Shown: piece after piece, positions 21,080 to 30,475 of the stretch
Numbering within the stretch: position 1 is the first letter of the stretch
Layout: every line of letters begins with the position of its first letter
Source: a virus
DNA length: 64,000 bases
Direction: 5' to 3' (one strand)
IMG/VR virus record: IMGVR_UViG_3300032323_002843
Location: 1 to 64,000 of that record
The notes under the pieces: generated by a model
Told to the model about the DNA's origin: nothing
What the model saw: only the letters and a program-made list of their open reading frames with translations
Databases searched by the model: none
Position numbers and translations under genes: made by a program

Positions 21080-22746
21080 TAAAATATATAAATTGGTAAA
21101 GGTATTTGTTGTAATGTATCACGATGGAATTGAGATTCTTGTTGCTTTCTTTCCAACTGCCCTCTTCTAGAGGTTTCATTTAACATTTCCTTTAGTTCAG
21201 TAATTAAATTTTCTTTTTCTGTTCTAGCATCTGTAATTAATTCAGATCCTTGAAGTGGTCCTACACCTTGAATATTAAGATTAGCAAATTGAATACGAAT
21301 GTGTGCTTCAATTTCACGACATAGAGCTAAAGTATATTTTAATACCCAAGCTCTACCTACAGCATTAATTCTAGAATATATGGGATTTCTAAATGGTGCA
21401 TTCATTACATCCGTTACAATATTATTTCTAGGATCTTTTACAGCAGTAAACTTATCACTTATTTTTACATATTCAAAGAATAATTTTTTATTCTCGTATG
21501 GAATAGGAAATATTCTTAGTTTATTATTTTTAATATCAAATGACCAAGCTGCTTTTCTAATTTGATCGTTAAATTCAATTGCTTGAATTTTTTGAACGTC
21601 AAAGTTAATTGGCATCAATAAGAAGTTAATACCAGGAGAAAATTGACCAAATCCAAAAGATTCCAATAATGATTGGATACCAGTACCTGTACCCGCATAT
21701 GGGTCAAAGTAACGAACGATTGCAGGTGGTTCTTCATAAAATATTCTTCTAACTTCAATTCTATCACCTGGTTCTAATGATGCTGAAGCTAAAGCCCAAG
21801 CATCTAGATCATAATCTTGAATACCAGCTGTCATTTGTAAAGCACCACTAATAACATTATATTTTCCTCCTACTCCTACTTCTGAGGCATAATCTTCAGC
21901 AATTGTTGTAGTGATAGTAGCTAAATTGTTACTGATTAATCTATTGTTTAATGCTGGGGCATTAGTGTCTTGAATGTAAACTGTTGGGATAGAACCAGTA
22001 CCAAATACAGGTGATCCACCTGCAATTTGAGGTGATGTTACATATGTGTAAACATAAGAACCAGTAGTTGTGATAACATAAGGATTGTTTGTTGTACCTG
22101 ATCCTGATGTTAAACCACCAAGTTGATTAAATTGATTATAAACAAATGTACTTAAGTCTAATTGAATACCTAATACTTGGTCTGTATAGTCAGTAGCAAA
22201 TGTTAATGTTTTAACTTGTTTAGAGTCAAGTGCAATAAAATCAGATAATGAAGCTGATATAGCATAAATTTCACCATCAGCTATTGATTGAGAATAAGCT
22301 GGGTTGAAACCAATTTCTTTCCAAGTTGCTAAACGAGGACCTGACCAAGATACTGGTGAGTTAACATCAATACTATTAACAAAAGTAATCTCAGCATTAT
22401 TAAATGGTTGAGAATCAGAACCTTCAATATTAATATAATTGTCTCTGATTTTGAATTGATAAACCATATTACCATAGGTGGTAACTGCTTCTTCATAAGC
22501 AGCATATACAGTTAAATCAGTAATATTTAATTGAGCAGCGCTAGCTACAAAATTTCCTGTAGCAACATCATATGTTGGGCCAGAAATACCTAAACGCTGT
22601 GCAACAAATCTAGCAGCATTTTTAGAATCTCTAACAAACTCTGGGTCGTTTGTATAGTATTCAAACGGGGTATTGCCTTTAACTGGTGTTAAGTATGCAG
22701 TATCTCCATAATATACGTCGTAAAGGTCTTTGAGATTAATAGCCAT
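21079..22746 (-). CDS. Neck/head-tail adaptor (gp13-like)
   Basis: WVLKYTLALCRE...GSELITDARTEKENL C-terminal pattern; located downstream of the capsid gene. Confidence 0.6.
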   Translation of the reverse strand: MAINLKDLYDVYYGDTAYLTPVKGNTPFEYYTNDPEFVRDSKNAARFVAQRLGISGPTYDVATGNFVASAAQLNITDLTVYAAYEEAVTTYGNMVYQFKIRDNYINIEGSDSQPFNNAEITFVNSIDVNSPVSWSGPRLATWKEIGFNPAYSQSIADGEIYAISASLSDFIALDSKQVKTLTFATDYTDQVLGIQLDLSTFVYNQFNQLGGLTSGSGTTNNPYVITTTGSYVYTYVTSPQIAGGSPVFGTGSIPTVYIQDTNAPALNNRLISNNLATITTTIAEDYASEVGVGGKYNVISGALQMTAGIQDYDLDAWALASASLEPGDRIEVRRIFYEEPPAIVRYFDPYAGTGTGIQSLLESFGFGQFSPGINFLLMPINFDVQKIQAIEFNDQIRKAAWSFDIKNNKLRIFPIPYENKKLFFEYVKISDKFTAVKDPRNNIVTDVMNAPFRNPIYSRINAVGRAWVLKYTLALCREIEAHIRIQFANLNIQGVGPLQGSELITDARTEKENLITELKEMLNETSRRGQLERKQQESQFHRDTLQQIPLPIYIF

Positions 22747-22778
22747 TTATAAGTAGTATTTAACACGTATAAATATAA

Positions 22779-23447
22779 CTATTTTCCGTATTCGTATTCA
22801 AGTATCTTTCCGACTAGATCTGATCTGTGGTTTTCTTTTAATTTAATCCACTTGATTTCTTCGATTTTTTTAGATAATTCGATAACATAACTTAAGCCGT
22901 TTATTTCGCCTGTATTTGACTTGATATCGGTCTGTTCGTTGTCACCGTTAATAACAATCTTACCAGTTTTACCCAGGCGTGTCAATATGGCTAGCATTTC
23001 ACCTTTAGTTAAGTTTTGTGCCTCCTCGACTATCAGAATATCGTCAATTGTTTTACCACGGATGAACTGGACTGGTAATGCTTTTACCTTACCATCCTCT
23101 ACTAGTTTAGCTACTTCTTTTTTATCTGAACAGCATTTGTTTAGATTTTCTAGTAGCGCCTCCATATATGGATCGAATTTACCGTTGATATCACCTGGTA
23201 AAAATCCTAATGATTTACCAACTTCCACAGCGGCACGTGTATTATATATACACTCAATTTGTTTTTTCTTAAGGAAATCTAAGGCGGCTTGAGCACATAC
23301 TAATGATTTACCACTACCTGCTCTACCTGTTATAACCACTACTTGGTTTTCAATTATTAACCTTTTTGCCTCTTTTTGCTCTTCGTTTAATTGAACAGCA
23401 TTGATAACTTTAATGTCGTTTTTTCTCTCACGATTAGGTTCACGCAT
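22779..23447 (-). CDS. phoH: PhoH-family ATPase
   Basis: GRAGSGKS Walker A, LGFLPG, FIRG.T, EEAQN, LTRLG, GD..Q.D and HRS motifs. Confidence 0.93.
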   Translation of the reverse strand: MREPNRERKNDIKVINAVQLNEEQKEAKRLIIENQVVVITGRAGSGKSLVCAQAALDFLKKKQIECIYNTRAAVEVGKSLGFLPGDINGKFDPYMEALLENLNKCCSDKKEVAKLVEDGKVKALPVQFIRGKTIDDILIVEEAQNLTKGEMLAILTRLGKTGKIVINGDNEQTDIKSNTGEINGLSYVIELSKKIEEIKWIKLKENHRSDLVGKILEYEYGK

Positions 23448-23477
23448 GTATAACGATTTGGTTACGTATACATATAC

Positions 23478-23509
23478 AAAAAAGTGCCTGACCTTACGGG
23501 GTCAGGCAC
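23478..23509 (-). terminator. Rho-independent terminator after the major capsid gene
   Basis: Minus strand GTGCCTGACC-ccgtaa-GGTCAGGCAC followed by TTTTTT. Confidence 0.9.
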
Positions 23510-23547
23510 CAGAGCTATAATACTGAGACTATAGCGGGGAAGTTATA

Positions 23548-25173
23548 TTACAAAGTGTTTAAACCAGCAACATATACTTTACCATAGTAGTCAGGACGGA
23601 TCATCTTCTTAGCGTAACGAGTCATCAAACCTTTACGTGGAGTGAAGGTATTTGGATCGTAAAGAAGTGGAGTCATGATCAATGGAACATATGGAGCGAA
23701 TACAGCACCGCATTCTAAGAATTGAGCACCTTTGTAACCCATTAAGATTACGTTCTCAGTCATGTAAGGGTTTTTGTAAACCTTATAACGAGAATTTAAA
23801 GTACCAACTTTCTGAATACCGAAGTTGAATTCCATTTTCTCACCATCACCATCAGAAGCAAATCCAGGGATTGATTCTAAGATAGTAGCGATAGTTGGAG
23901 AAGTTACTAAGAAATTAGCACCACCACGAAGAGTTAACTGATGGATAGTGTTAGATACTTTTTGTAACTTAGTTCCTAAAGTTTGGAACCAACCACCTTG
24001 TGTATTGTAGAAACCTAAGTTGCTATTAGCTACACCAGAAGCGTTTACAGCTTGGTTGTTAACAGCAGACCAGTATTCAGTTGTGAAAGCGTTCTCAATT
24101 AACATATCTAAGATTTCTAAATCGATTTCCATAGAGATGTATTGAGATAAGATACCAGTTAATTCAGCTTCAGCATCAATGCTATGGTAAGCATTTAAGT
24201 CTTGAGCGAATTCTGGAGTCCATTGTGCTTTTAACTTACGAGTTTTAGCAACGATAGCTTCAGATTTTAACTGAACGTTGATTTCTGGGATAGCAATAGC
24301 TGAAGAGCTAAGAGCGTTTGGATAACCACCATCGCCACCATTACCAGAACCACCAGAAACTGATTGATCTTCGAAATCACCACGTGCAGTAGCAACTGGA
24401 GCAACGTTGAAGAACAATGTTACAGTTTGAGTAGGGCTATTAGCTACTAATGAGCCAGTAACGATAAATGAAGCTGTATTGTTAGATACAGTAGTGAAAG
24501 CTTGTAATACATCAGTTACACCGATAGAACCAGAGCTGAATACGAAAGCACGGATACCATTCTGATCAGCAGCTGATGGAAGTGGAACTAAGATCTTCTT
24601 CCAACCAGTAGCAGCAGAAGCTGAGTAGTTAGAATCCAAGTTAAAGTCAACCCAAGTTGTTGAACCAGTGATAGCAGCAACAGAAGCTGAGAATTGGTTG
24701 ATAGAGTAACCGAACTTACCAGCACCATAAAGTGATTGAGAAGTGATATCAGTTACGTTAGTAGTTTGGTTAGCACCGTAAAGTGAACCACCAGTTTGGA
24801 AAGGACGAACACCTGTACCATACTTGAAATCAAGATAGAATACAAGACCTGAAGGTAAGTTCATCGGCTGTACAGAAACGAATTCTTTAGCAGCGATTTC
24901 ACCGAATACACGGCGAACTAAAGGTAAAGCTACACCGTTCCAAGCTTCTTGAGAATAAGAACCACCACCGATAGTAGCAGTACCTGTAGCAGAAGCTTCG
25001 GTTACTAATTGTTTAGCCTGATTCTCAAGGAGAATAGACATTGTGTTTTTGTCAGTAGTAGTCTTGATACCTTCTAAAAGGCCAGATTTTTCCCACTTGC
25101 TAGACAAACGTTTTGCATCTTCCATTACACTCTTGTATTGGTTAGATGACTCTAATAATTGTTGTACGTTCAT
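23548..25173 (-). CDS. Major capsid protein (T4 gp23-like)
   Basis: LLENQ, LPLVRRV, VQPM..PSGLVF, AKTRKLKAQWTPE.AQDL.AYH.IDAEAEL, APYVPL and TRY motifs. Confidence 0.96.
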   Translation of the reverse strand: MNVQQLLESSNQYKSVMEDAKRLSSKWEKSGLLEGIKTTTDKNTMSILLENQAKQLVTEASATGTATIGGGSYSQEAWNGVALPLVRRVFGEIAAKEFVSVQPMNLPSGLVFYLDFKYGTGVRPFQTGGSLYGANQTTNVTDITSQSLYGAGKFGYSINQFSASVAAITGSTTWVDFNLDSNYSASAATGWKKILVPLPSAADQNGIRAFVFSSGSIGVTDVLQAFTTVSNNTASFIVTGSLVANSPTQTVTLFFNVAPVATARGDFEDQSVSGGSGNGGDGGYPNALSSSAIAIPEINVQLKSEAIVAKTRKLKAQWTPEFAQDLNAYHSIDAEAELTGILSQYISMEIDLEILDMLIENAFTTEYWSAVNNQAVNASGVANSNLGFYNTQGGWFQTLGTKLQKVSNTIHQLTLRGGANFLVTSPTIATILESIPGFASDGDGEKMEFNFGIQKVGTLNSRYKVYKNPYMTENVILMGYKGAQFLECGAVFAPYVPLIMTPLLYDPNTFTPRKGLMTRYAKKMIRPDYYGKVYVAGLNTL

Positions 25174-25206
25174 TTTAAAATGAATTAAAAATTAAAATTA
25201 AATTGT

Positions 25207-26337
25207 TTACTTAATACCTGCAAGCATTTGCCATCTTGATACAGTAGCATCTACCTCAACGATAGGCTTCTTAGGGGCAACACCAGCAGCTTTAGAAGCA
25301 AATCCTAATGATTCTTTAACGATGCTCTTCTTAGATTTTTCAATAGCACTGTTCATAGATTCAAAAATTGCTTTAGCTTCTTGTGCAGTAGTTGCTTTAT
25401 CAAATTGTGCAATTACTTTAAGTTTTTGTGATTCGTTCAAATTCTTAGCTTTGAAGATTTTGTTAACATAAAGTAACTTAGCGTTTAATAAGTTTACTTC
25501 GTGTAACTCGTTACGAAGAGCTTCGATAGTATCGATTGCTTCTTTCATTTCTTCTTTGTCTTCTTTTTTCTTGTCTTCTTTTTTCTTAGCTTCGTACATT
25601 TCTTCTGTATCGTCAGCTTCGTCAATTGAATCAAGTTCAGCTAGTAATTCTTCTAAATCGATTTCGTCTAAATCTTCGTCTTCTTCAGCGATTTCTTCAG
25701 TTTCACCTTCCATTTCACCGTCGATGTTTACAGCCATTTCTTCTTCACCACCCATATCGCCCATGTCAGCGCTCATGTCACCCATTTCTGGAGCTTCGTC
25801 ACCGCCAATTTCAGCAGAGATGATGTCTTTGATAATGTCTTTTAATTCATCAACTGTTAAGTCAGTGATTTTGTCTTCGCTTTCAGATTCGTCTTCTTCA
25901 GACTCTTCTTCTTCTTCTTCTGTTTCTTCTTCTTCTTCTTCTTTAGCTTCGTCCATTTTTTCTTTATCTTCTTTCTTTGCTTCATCAAGCTCATCTTCTT
26001 TGCTTAATTCAGCTAAAATTTCAGATAAATCGAAATCTTCTGAAAGCTCATCTTCGTCGCCTTCTTCAAGAGCGAATCCTTTAGCTCTTTCAATATCTTG
26101 AGAGATATCATCAGTATCGGCAGAAGCGAAGGCAGATGGAAGTGATTCTTCCATTTTTTCTTCATCTTTTGCTTCATCTAAATCATCATTATCCATTTCT
26201 TGTAACTTTGCAGCTAACATGGATTGAAGTTTAGGAGCTAAGGCCTCTTCAAGGGCGGCTTTTGCGTTTGCTAACGCTGCTTCGCGAACGGCTTTAGCGT
26301 CGGCGATAGCCTCTTTGAATAAGTCTTTGTTTGACAT
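25207..26337 (-). CDS. Prohead scaffold/core protein (gp22-like)
   Basis: Very acidic coiled-coil protein directly upstream of the capsid gene; LHEVNLLNAKLLY; ends RWQMLAGIK. Confidence 0.8.
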   Translation of the reverse strand: MSNKDLFKEAIADAKAVREAALANAKAALEEALAPKLQSMLAAKLQEMDNDDLDEAKDEEKMEESLPSAFASADTDDISQDIERAKGFALEEGDEDELSEDFDLSEILAELSKEDELDEAKKEDKEKMDEAKEEEEEETEEEEEESEEDESESEDKITDLTVDELKDIIKDIISAEIGGDEAPEMGDMSADMGDMGGEEEMAVNIDGEMEGETEEIAEEDEDLDEIDLEELLAELDSIDEADDTEEMYEAKKKEDKKKEDKEEMKEAIDTIEALRNELHEVNLLNAKLLYVNKIFKAKNLNESQKLKVIAQFDKATTAQEAKAIFESMNSAIEKSKKSIVKESLGFASKAAGVAPKKPIVEVDATVSRWQMLAGIK

Positions 26338-26440
26338 TGTCCTTAAATTTAATTACGGAAATAAGATTATTGGGAATCTTAATAGGGGTTTTTAATTATA
26401 CCCAGGTTACATAGAATTAGTAACCTATTATAGGATGATC

Positions 26441-26448
26441 ATAAATAT
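26441..26448 (-). promoter_or_regulatory. Putative late promoter motif ATATTTAT (scaffold/capsid operon)
   Basis: Recurrent octamer ~100 nt upstream of the scaffold ATG, followed by a structured leader. Confidence 0.6.
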
Positions 26449-26474
26449 ATGTAGATACTTAAAACCGCGAATAA

Positions 26475-27017
26475 TTAGTTGTTTCCCTTAGATTTATCGT
26501 ATACCTTTTTAGCAACAACAGCTAAAATAGCACCTGCTATTGCTCCTAAAACGGTTTCTACTATATGAGATGGAGACTGTCCTAACATTATTTGAGTCTT
26601 AGTTAAAACGTCTCCTGCACTTGCTAAATAATATGCCAAAGCACCCCCACCAACTAATCCAGTCCAAAAAGAACCACCAACATCTAACCCTTCTTCTTCA
26701 TTAATTGGGTTATCTTCTGCTTTTTTAGCCATGCTTAATGCTAATTTTTGAACTATAGAAGAATCAATATTTTCAGATAATTCTGATGGATTAATTCCTG
26801 ATTGGCTTAATACGGCTTGCAGTTGTTTAAGAGCTTTTGGATCTTTAGATATTTTATCAGCTATGTTATCAACAACAGGAGATTTTTCTAAGCTATTAAC
26901 TACTTTTGTTACTTGAGAAGCAGCATTTTCAGGAGATACTTCTTGATTTTCTTCGGCTTCATTAATAATGCCAGCTAAGTGCTGCATTCTTTTGATTTCG
27001 TTGATTTGTTGTTTCAT
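26475..27017 (-). CDS. Hypothetical protein with N-terminal RMQHLAGI motif and two C-terminal hydrophobic helices
   Basis: Start moved to ATG 27017, just downstream of the ATATTTAT motif, giving MKQQINEIKRMQHLAGIINE. Confidence 0.7.
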   Translation of the reverse strand: MKQQINEIKRMQHLAGIINEAEENQEVSPENAASQVTKVVNSLEKSPVVDNIADKISKDPKALKQLQAVLSQSGINPSELSENIDSSIVQKLALSMAKKAEDNPINEEEGLDVGGSFWTGLVGGGALAYYLASAGDVLTKTQIMLGQSPSHIVETVLGAIAGAILAVVAKKVYDKSKGNN

Positions 27018-27028
27018 GGATATAAATA

Positions 27029-27643
27029 TTAACAAAGAGGACAAACCCCAGTTGCGTTACAAATAATCTCAGTTATTAAACCATTTACTTTACTATAATC
27101 TTTTACTGACATATGCTTTTTAGATTCAGCTAATGTCATATATGCTTGTGGGGTTGATGGTACTGATACTAAATCCCAACACAGTAATTCAAAATCGTCT
27201 TGTACTTCAACAGTTTCACCTAATTGCTTAACTGAACCCATACCACGAGATGAGATACCAAGTGGAATACCTGATAATATAAGTGCTTTAGCAATATTAC
27301 CACTTGGTGTAGGTAATAATTGTAATTTACCCATTAAATCGTTTCCTTTCCACCATACTTCAGTAATAACGTGTGATGTATTTGATAAGTTAACAACAGA
27401 TGCTTCAGGGTGATCGAGTTCTCCTAAAGCAGTACGTGTTTTTACAGGACCTTCTGCATATTTTTTAACTTCTCTTTCAAGAATTTCGCGAGGATATACA
27501 CGACCGTTACCATTCTTTTGTTCTGCTTCTTGTAATTTACCAACAAGGGTAACAAGAGATTTACCTTCACCTAATTGTTTATTTTCAACAATTGTAATGT
27601 TTGCTGTTTGGAAGGGAGTATGGTCTATTAATAAAGATTTCAT
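27029..27643 (-). CDS. Prohead protease (T4 gp21-like)
   Basis: NGNGRVYP, GELDHP, SH, GISSRGMGS and DLVS.PS motifs. Confidence 0.95.
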   Translation of the reverse strand: MKSLLIDHTPFQTANITIVENKQLGEGKSLVTLVGKLQEAEQKNGNGRVYPREILEREVKKYAEGPVKTRTALGELDHPEASVVNLSNTSHVITEVWWKGNDLMGKLQLLPTPSGNIAKALILSGIPLGISSRGMGSVKQLGETVEVQDDFELLCWDLVSVPSTPQAYMTLAESKKHMSVKDYSKVNGLITEIICNATGVCPLC

Positions 27644-27647
27644 ATTA

Positions 27648-28925
27648 TTATTTTTCTAGTGCTGCTAACGGATCAATCAAATTATCACGCCCATCAAAAT
27701 ATTCATCCATAGCCATTGCTATATCATCTATTTCTTGATCATCACTTTCCATTTCTGATAATACTTCACGTACAATTTCTTCAAGTTGTGATTTGAATTT
27801 TTCAAATGAAGCACCTAAATCTTTACCACCATAATTCTTACGTAATGGAGTTAAGCGATAAAATATAATATTACCAGTATCTTCATCAAAATCACTATCT
27901 GGTTGTACATTAAATTGTAATTTTAATTTTTCAATTGCTTCACCAGGTAAGGCATCCCAATATTGAAATCTTAAAAGAGCTTCATTTGGGTCACTAGTTT
28001 GTTGAATTTGAATATCATCAGATAAAGCTTTTAATGTAGCGTTACCATCTACAAATTGCATTACTTGTTTAGCAACCTCATTTGGTTCACCAATTACATT
28101 AAATCTAGCTTCTTTAAGCTTTTTTTTGTCTTCAGCTTTAGGCATTTTAACCTTTTGCATTTGGTTAACTAAATCAACCAATTCAGCTGTTTGTTTTTTC
28201 TTAGCTTTCTTTTCTACTGGAGCTTTTACTTTAGGAGCTGAAGGTGATTCAACACCAGCTAGCTTTAATGCTGTGTAGTAATATGGATTTTCAGCTAAAT
28301 GATCTAAAGCAATTTTTTTAGCTTTATCTAAATCATCAGTATGTTCTAATTCAACCCTAATACCCATACGTAATTCTTGTGGATGGATTTGGTTTGGATT
28401 TAATTCAGCTTTAACTTCTTTTTTCTTTTTAGCTTCATTTAATTCTTCTTCCATTGGGTCAAACTGAGACATGATAGCTTCTTCACCAGCTTTTTCATCT
28501 TCCATTTTTTTAATCATTGCTTCCATTTCATCATCTTCACCTTCATTCTCATTAGTCCAATCAACATCAGAATCATCTACTGGTTCGTTATAGTTGTCAG
28601 CATATGCTTTATTACCAACTGATTCTTCTGGATATTTAGTTGCTAAATCATCTTCATTTATGTTATACTTAGCAGCTACCTTAGCAATAGCTTCAGCATA
28701 TGAATTGCCATCTTCCATTTCAGATTCAAGTTCATCTAAAAGATTGTTTTCTCCTAAAGCAGCTTCAGTTAAGATAGCTTTGTTTTTAAGGATTCTAACA
28801 GCATCATTAAATGAAGTTACGTTAGTAACATATTGAGGCATAGTCATACGTAAATTTCTCATGAAATTAACTTGAGACATTCTGCCTTCTTTTAAATCGC
28901 GGTATTGGTTTTGTATACTTTTCAT
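27648..28925 (-). CDS. Acidic putative head protein containing a DUF5661-like domain
   Basis: Start moved to ATG 28925; ELRMGIRVELEHT...IALDHLAENPYYY. Confidence 0.7.
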   Translation of the reverse strand: MKSIQNQYRDLKEGRMSQVNFMRNLRMTMPQYVTNVTSFNDAVRILKNKAILTEAALGENNLLDELESEMEDGNSYAEAIAKVAAKYNINEDDLATKYPEESVGNKAYADNYNEPVDDSDVDWTNENEGEDDEMEAMIKKMEDEKAGEEAIMSQFDPMEEELNEAKKKKEVKAELNPNQIHPQELRMGIRVELEHTDDLDKAKKIALDHLAENPYYYTALKLAGVESPSAPKVKAPVEKKAKKKQTAELVDLVNQMQKVKMPKAEDKKKLKEARFNVIGEPNEVAKQVMQFVDGNATLKALSDDIQIQQTSDPNEALLRFQYWDALPGEAIEKLKLQFNVQPDSDFDEDTGNIIFYRLTPLRKNYGGKDLGASFEKFKSQLEEIVREVLSEMESDDQEIDDIAMAMDEYFDGRDNLIDPLAALEK

Positions 28926-28929
28926 ATTA

Positions 28930-29058
28930 TTATCTGCCTTGTCCTCTGTAAGCTTTTGGCTTTGGAGTGTGTTTATTGAATGATTTTTGAGCTGATCCGT
29001 TTTTGCGTTTGCCAAAAGAAACTTTATTAGGGTTTCCTGCTGCTTTAGCTTTTGCCAT
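28930..29058 (-). CDS. Small basic protein ending YRGQGR
   Basis: Not in the ORF track: MAKAKAAGNPNKVSFGKRKNGSAQKSFNKHTPKPKAYRGQGR*, 42 aa. The ATG overlaps the upstream stop and the ORF fills the gap. Confidence 0.75.
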   Translation of the reverse strand: MAKAKAAGNPNKVSFGKRKNGSAQKSFNKHTPKPKAYRGQGR

Positions 29059-29588
29059 TACTGCTGAAGGTTTTTAATTTTATTGTTAAGATGGTTTACC
29101 ATTTCTGAAATAGTAGCAACATTCTTTTGGGTTGCTTTCCAGTATTTAATTCCTTCTTCTCCTTCGCTTAATTCTTGTTTCATACGAGATGTATATTCTA
29201 CAATACGATCAATTTCTTGTAATTTGCGTTTTACTTCACGAATTGCTTTGTGTAATTGTTCGTTTTTAGTACGGAATTTAACATCATTTTTGAACTTAGA
29301 ATATGTTACTTCGTTAAGTAATTCTTGTTCGATGATCTGTAATAGTGTTTCGTTCATTGAAGATTTTTTACCAGGCCATAATTCTTTATAATCAAGTACT
29401 TTGGAATTTTTAGGCATTCCTTTAGCAAGTTTCCAACCTTCTTTTTCAGCATATTTGGTAGCGGCATTTGTTTTTTGCCCTGGTTTACCAAAAGCAGCAG
29501 GGGTTAAATAACCAGGAACACCAGCAGAAGTAGAAGTTTCTTCTAGTTCTTGGCGTACTAATTCTCTTATATATTCTTTTAAATCCAC
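29058..29588 (-). CDS. Hypothetical head-region protein (LKEYIRELVRQELEE leader)
   Basis: 176 aa; coupled to its neighbours. Confidence 0.7.
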   Translation of the reverse strand: MDLKEYIRELVRQELEETSTSAGVPGYLTPAAFGKPGQKTNAATKYAEKEGWKLAKGMPKNSKVLDYKELWPGKKSSMNETLLQIIEQELLNEVTYSKFKNDVKFRTKNEQLHKAIREVKRKLQEIDRIVEYTSRMKQELSEGEEGIKYWKATQKNVATISEMVNHLNNKIKNLQQ

Positions 29589-30442
29589 TACTTAACAGAT
29601 TTTAATTCGTCAATTAATTGATAATACTGTAATAACGAAACTATATTTTCATCTTTTACGTTTTGAGTCTTATCTAAAGGATGTAATAAAGTAACTACCT
29701 CAGCTAATTTAATCTGAGTAGTTTTGTCAGCTACTGTAGGAATTAATGTGTTAATTTCTTCAGTAATAACTTTAAAGTTATTGTTAACAAAATCACGTAA
29801 TTTAGTTGTGTTAGTGATGTTGTTGATAAATTCTTTTAATGTTAATTTTTGGCGATCTGATAAAGTAGCATATTTGCTATTGAATTTTTCTAATAACATT
29901 CTGTATGCTAAAATACGAGATCCCTTATCCATACCAGCATATTCTTCCATTACACGATCCTTAACACCTTCTTTATTTACCTCTTTACGAGTGATGTGTT
30001 CAAGTAATGTAATTTTATTATCGATGATTTGCTGCGGTTCAGTGAATTCCAATGAATTGTGAGCTTCAATTAAATTGAATGCAGCAGCGTATTGCTTATA
30101 ATTGCTGATTTTGGCTTTAAAGAATTCTTCTAAATCATATGATTCACGAATGTCCTTAATTAAATTATATTTTTCCTTACGTAAAGCTGTTTTGTTTAAA
30201 CGCAAAGAAGCCTCTAACGTTGAATTAATGAACGTTTCGGCTTTAGCTTCAGACAATGATTTAGGCTGAATTAATGCTTGATATAATTTATATTCTTTTG
30301 CTAGTTCAGATTTGCTAAAATACTTTCTAACCAATCCGACAGCAGCAGAATCCTTATTTGATACAGTATCAGATGCGATTTGTCTTACGAGCAACTCGAA
30401 TAATATTCCTGTATTCTTAAATTTGCTGTGTTTAATTTTCAT
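29588..30442 (-). CDS. Helical head-region protein downstream of portal
   Basis: MKIKHSKFKNTGILFELLVRQI start at ATG 30442. Confidence 0.75.
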   Translation of the reverse strand: MKIKHSKFKNTGILFELLVRQIASDTVSNKDSAAVGLVRKYFSKSELAKEYKLYQALIQPKSLSEAKAETFINSTLEASLRLNKTALRKEKYNLIKDIRESYDLEEFFKAKISNYKQYAAAFNLIEAHNSLEFTEPQQIIDNKITLLEHITRKEVNKEGVKDRVMEEYAGMDKGSRILAYRMLLEKFNSKYATLSDRQKLTLKEFINNITNTTKLRDFVNNNFKVITEEINTLIPTVADKTTQIKLAEVVTLLHPLDKTQNVKDENIVSLLQYYQLIDELKSVK

Positions 30443-30475
30443 AATCAATAGTGTGCACTACCTATAAATATGTAT

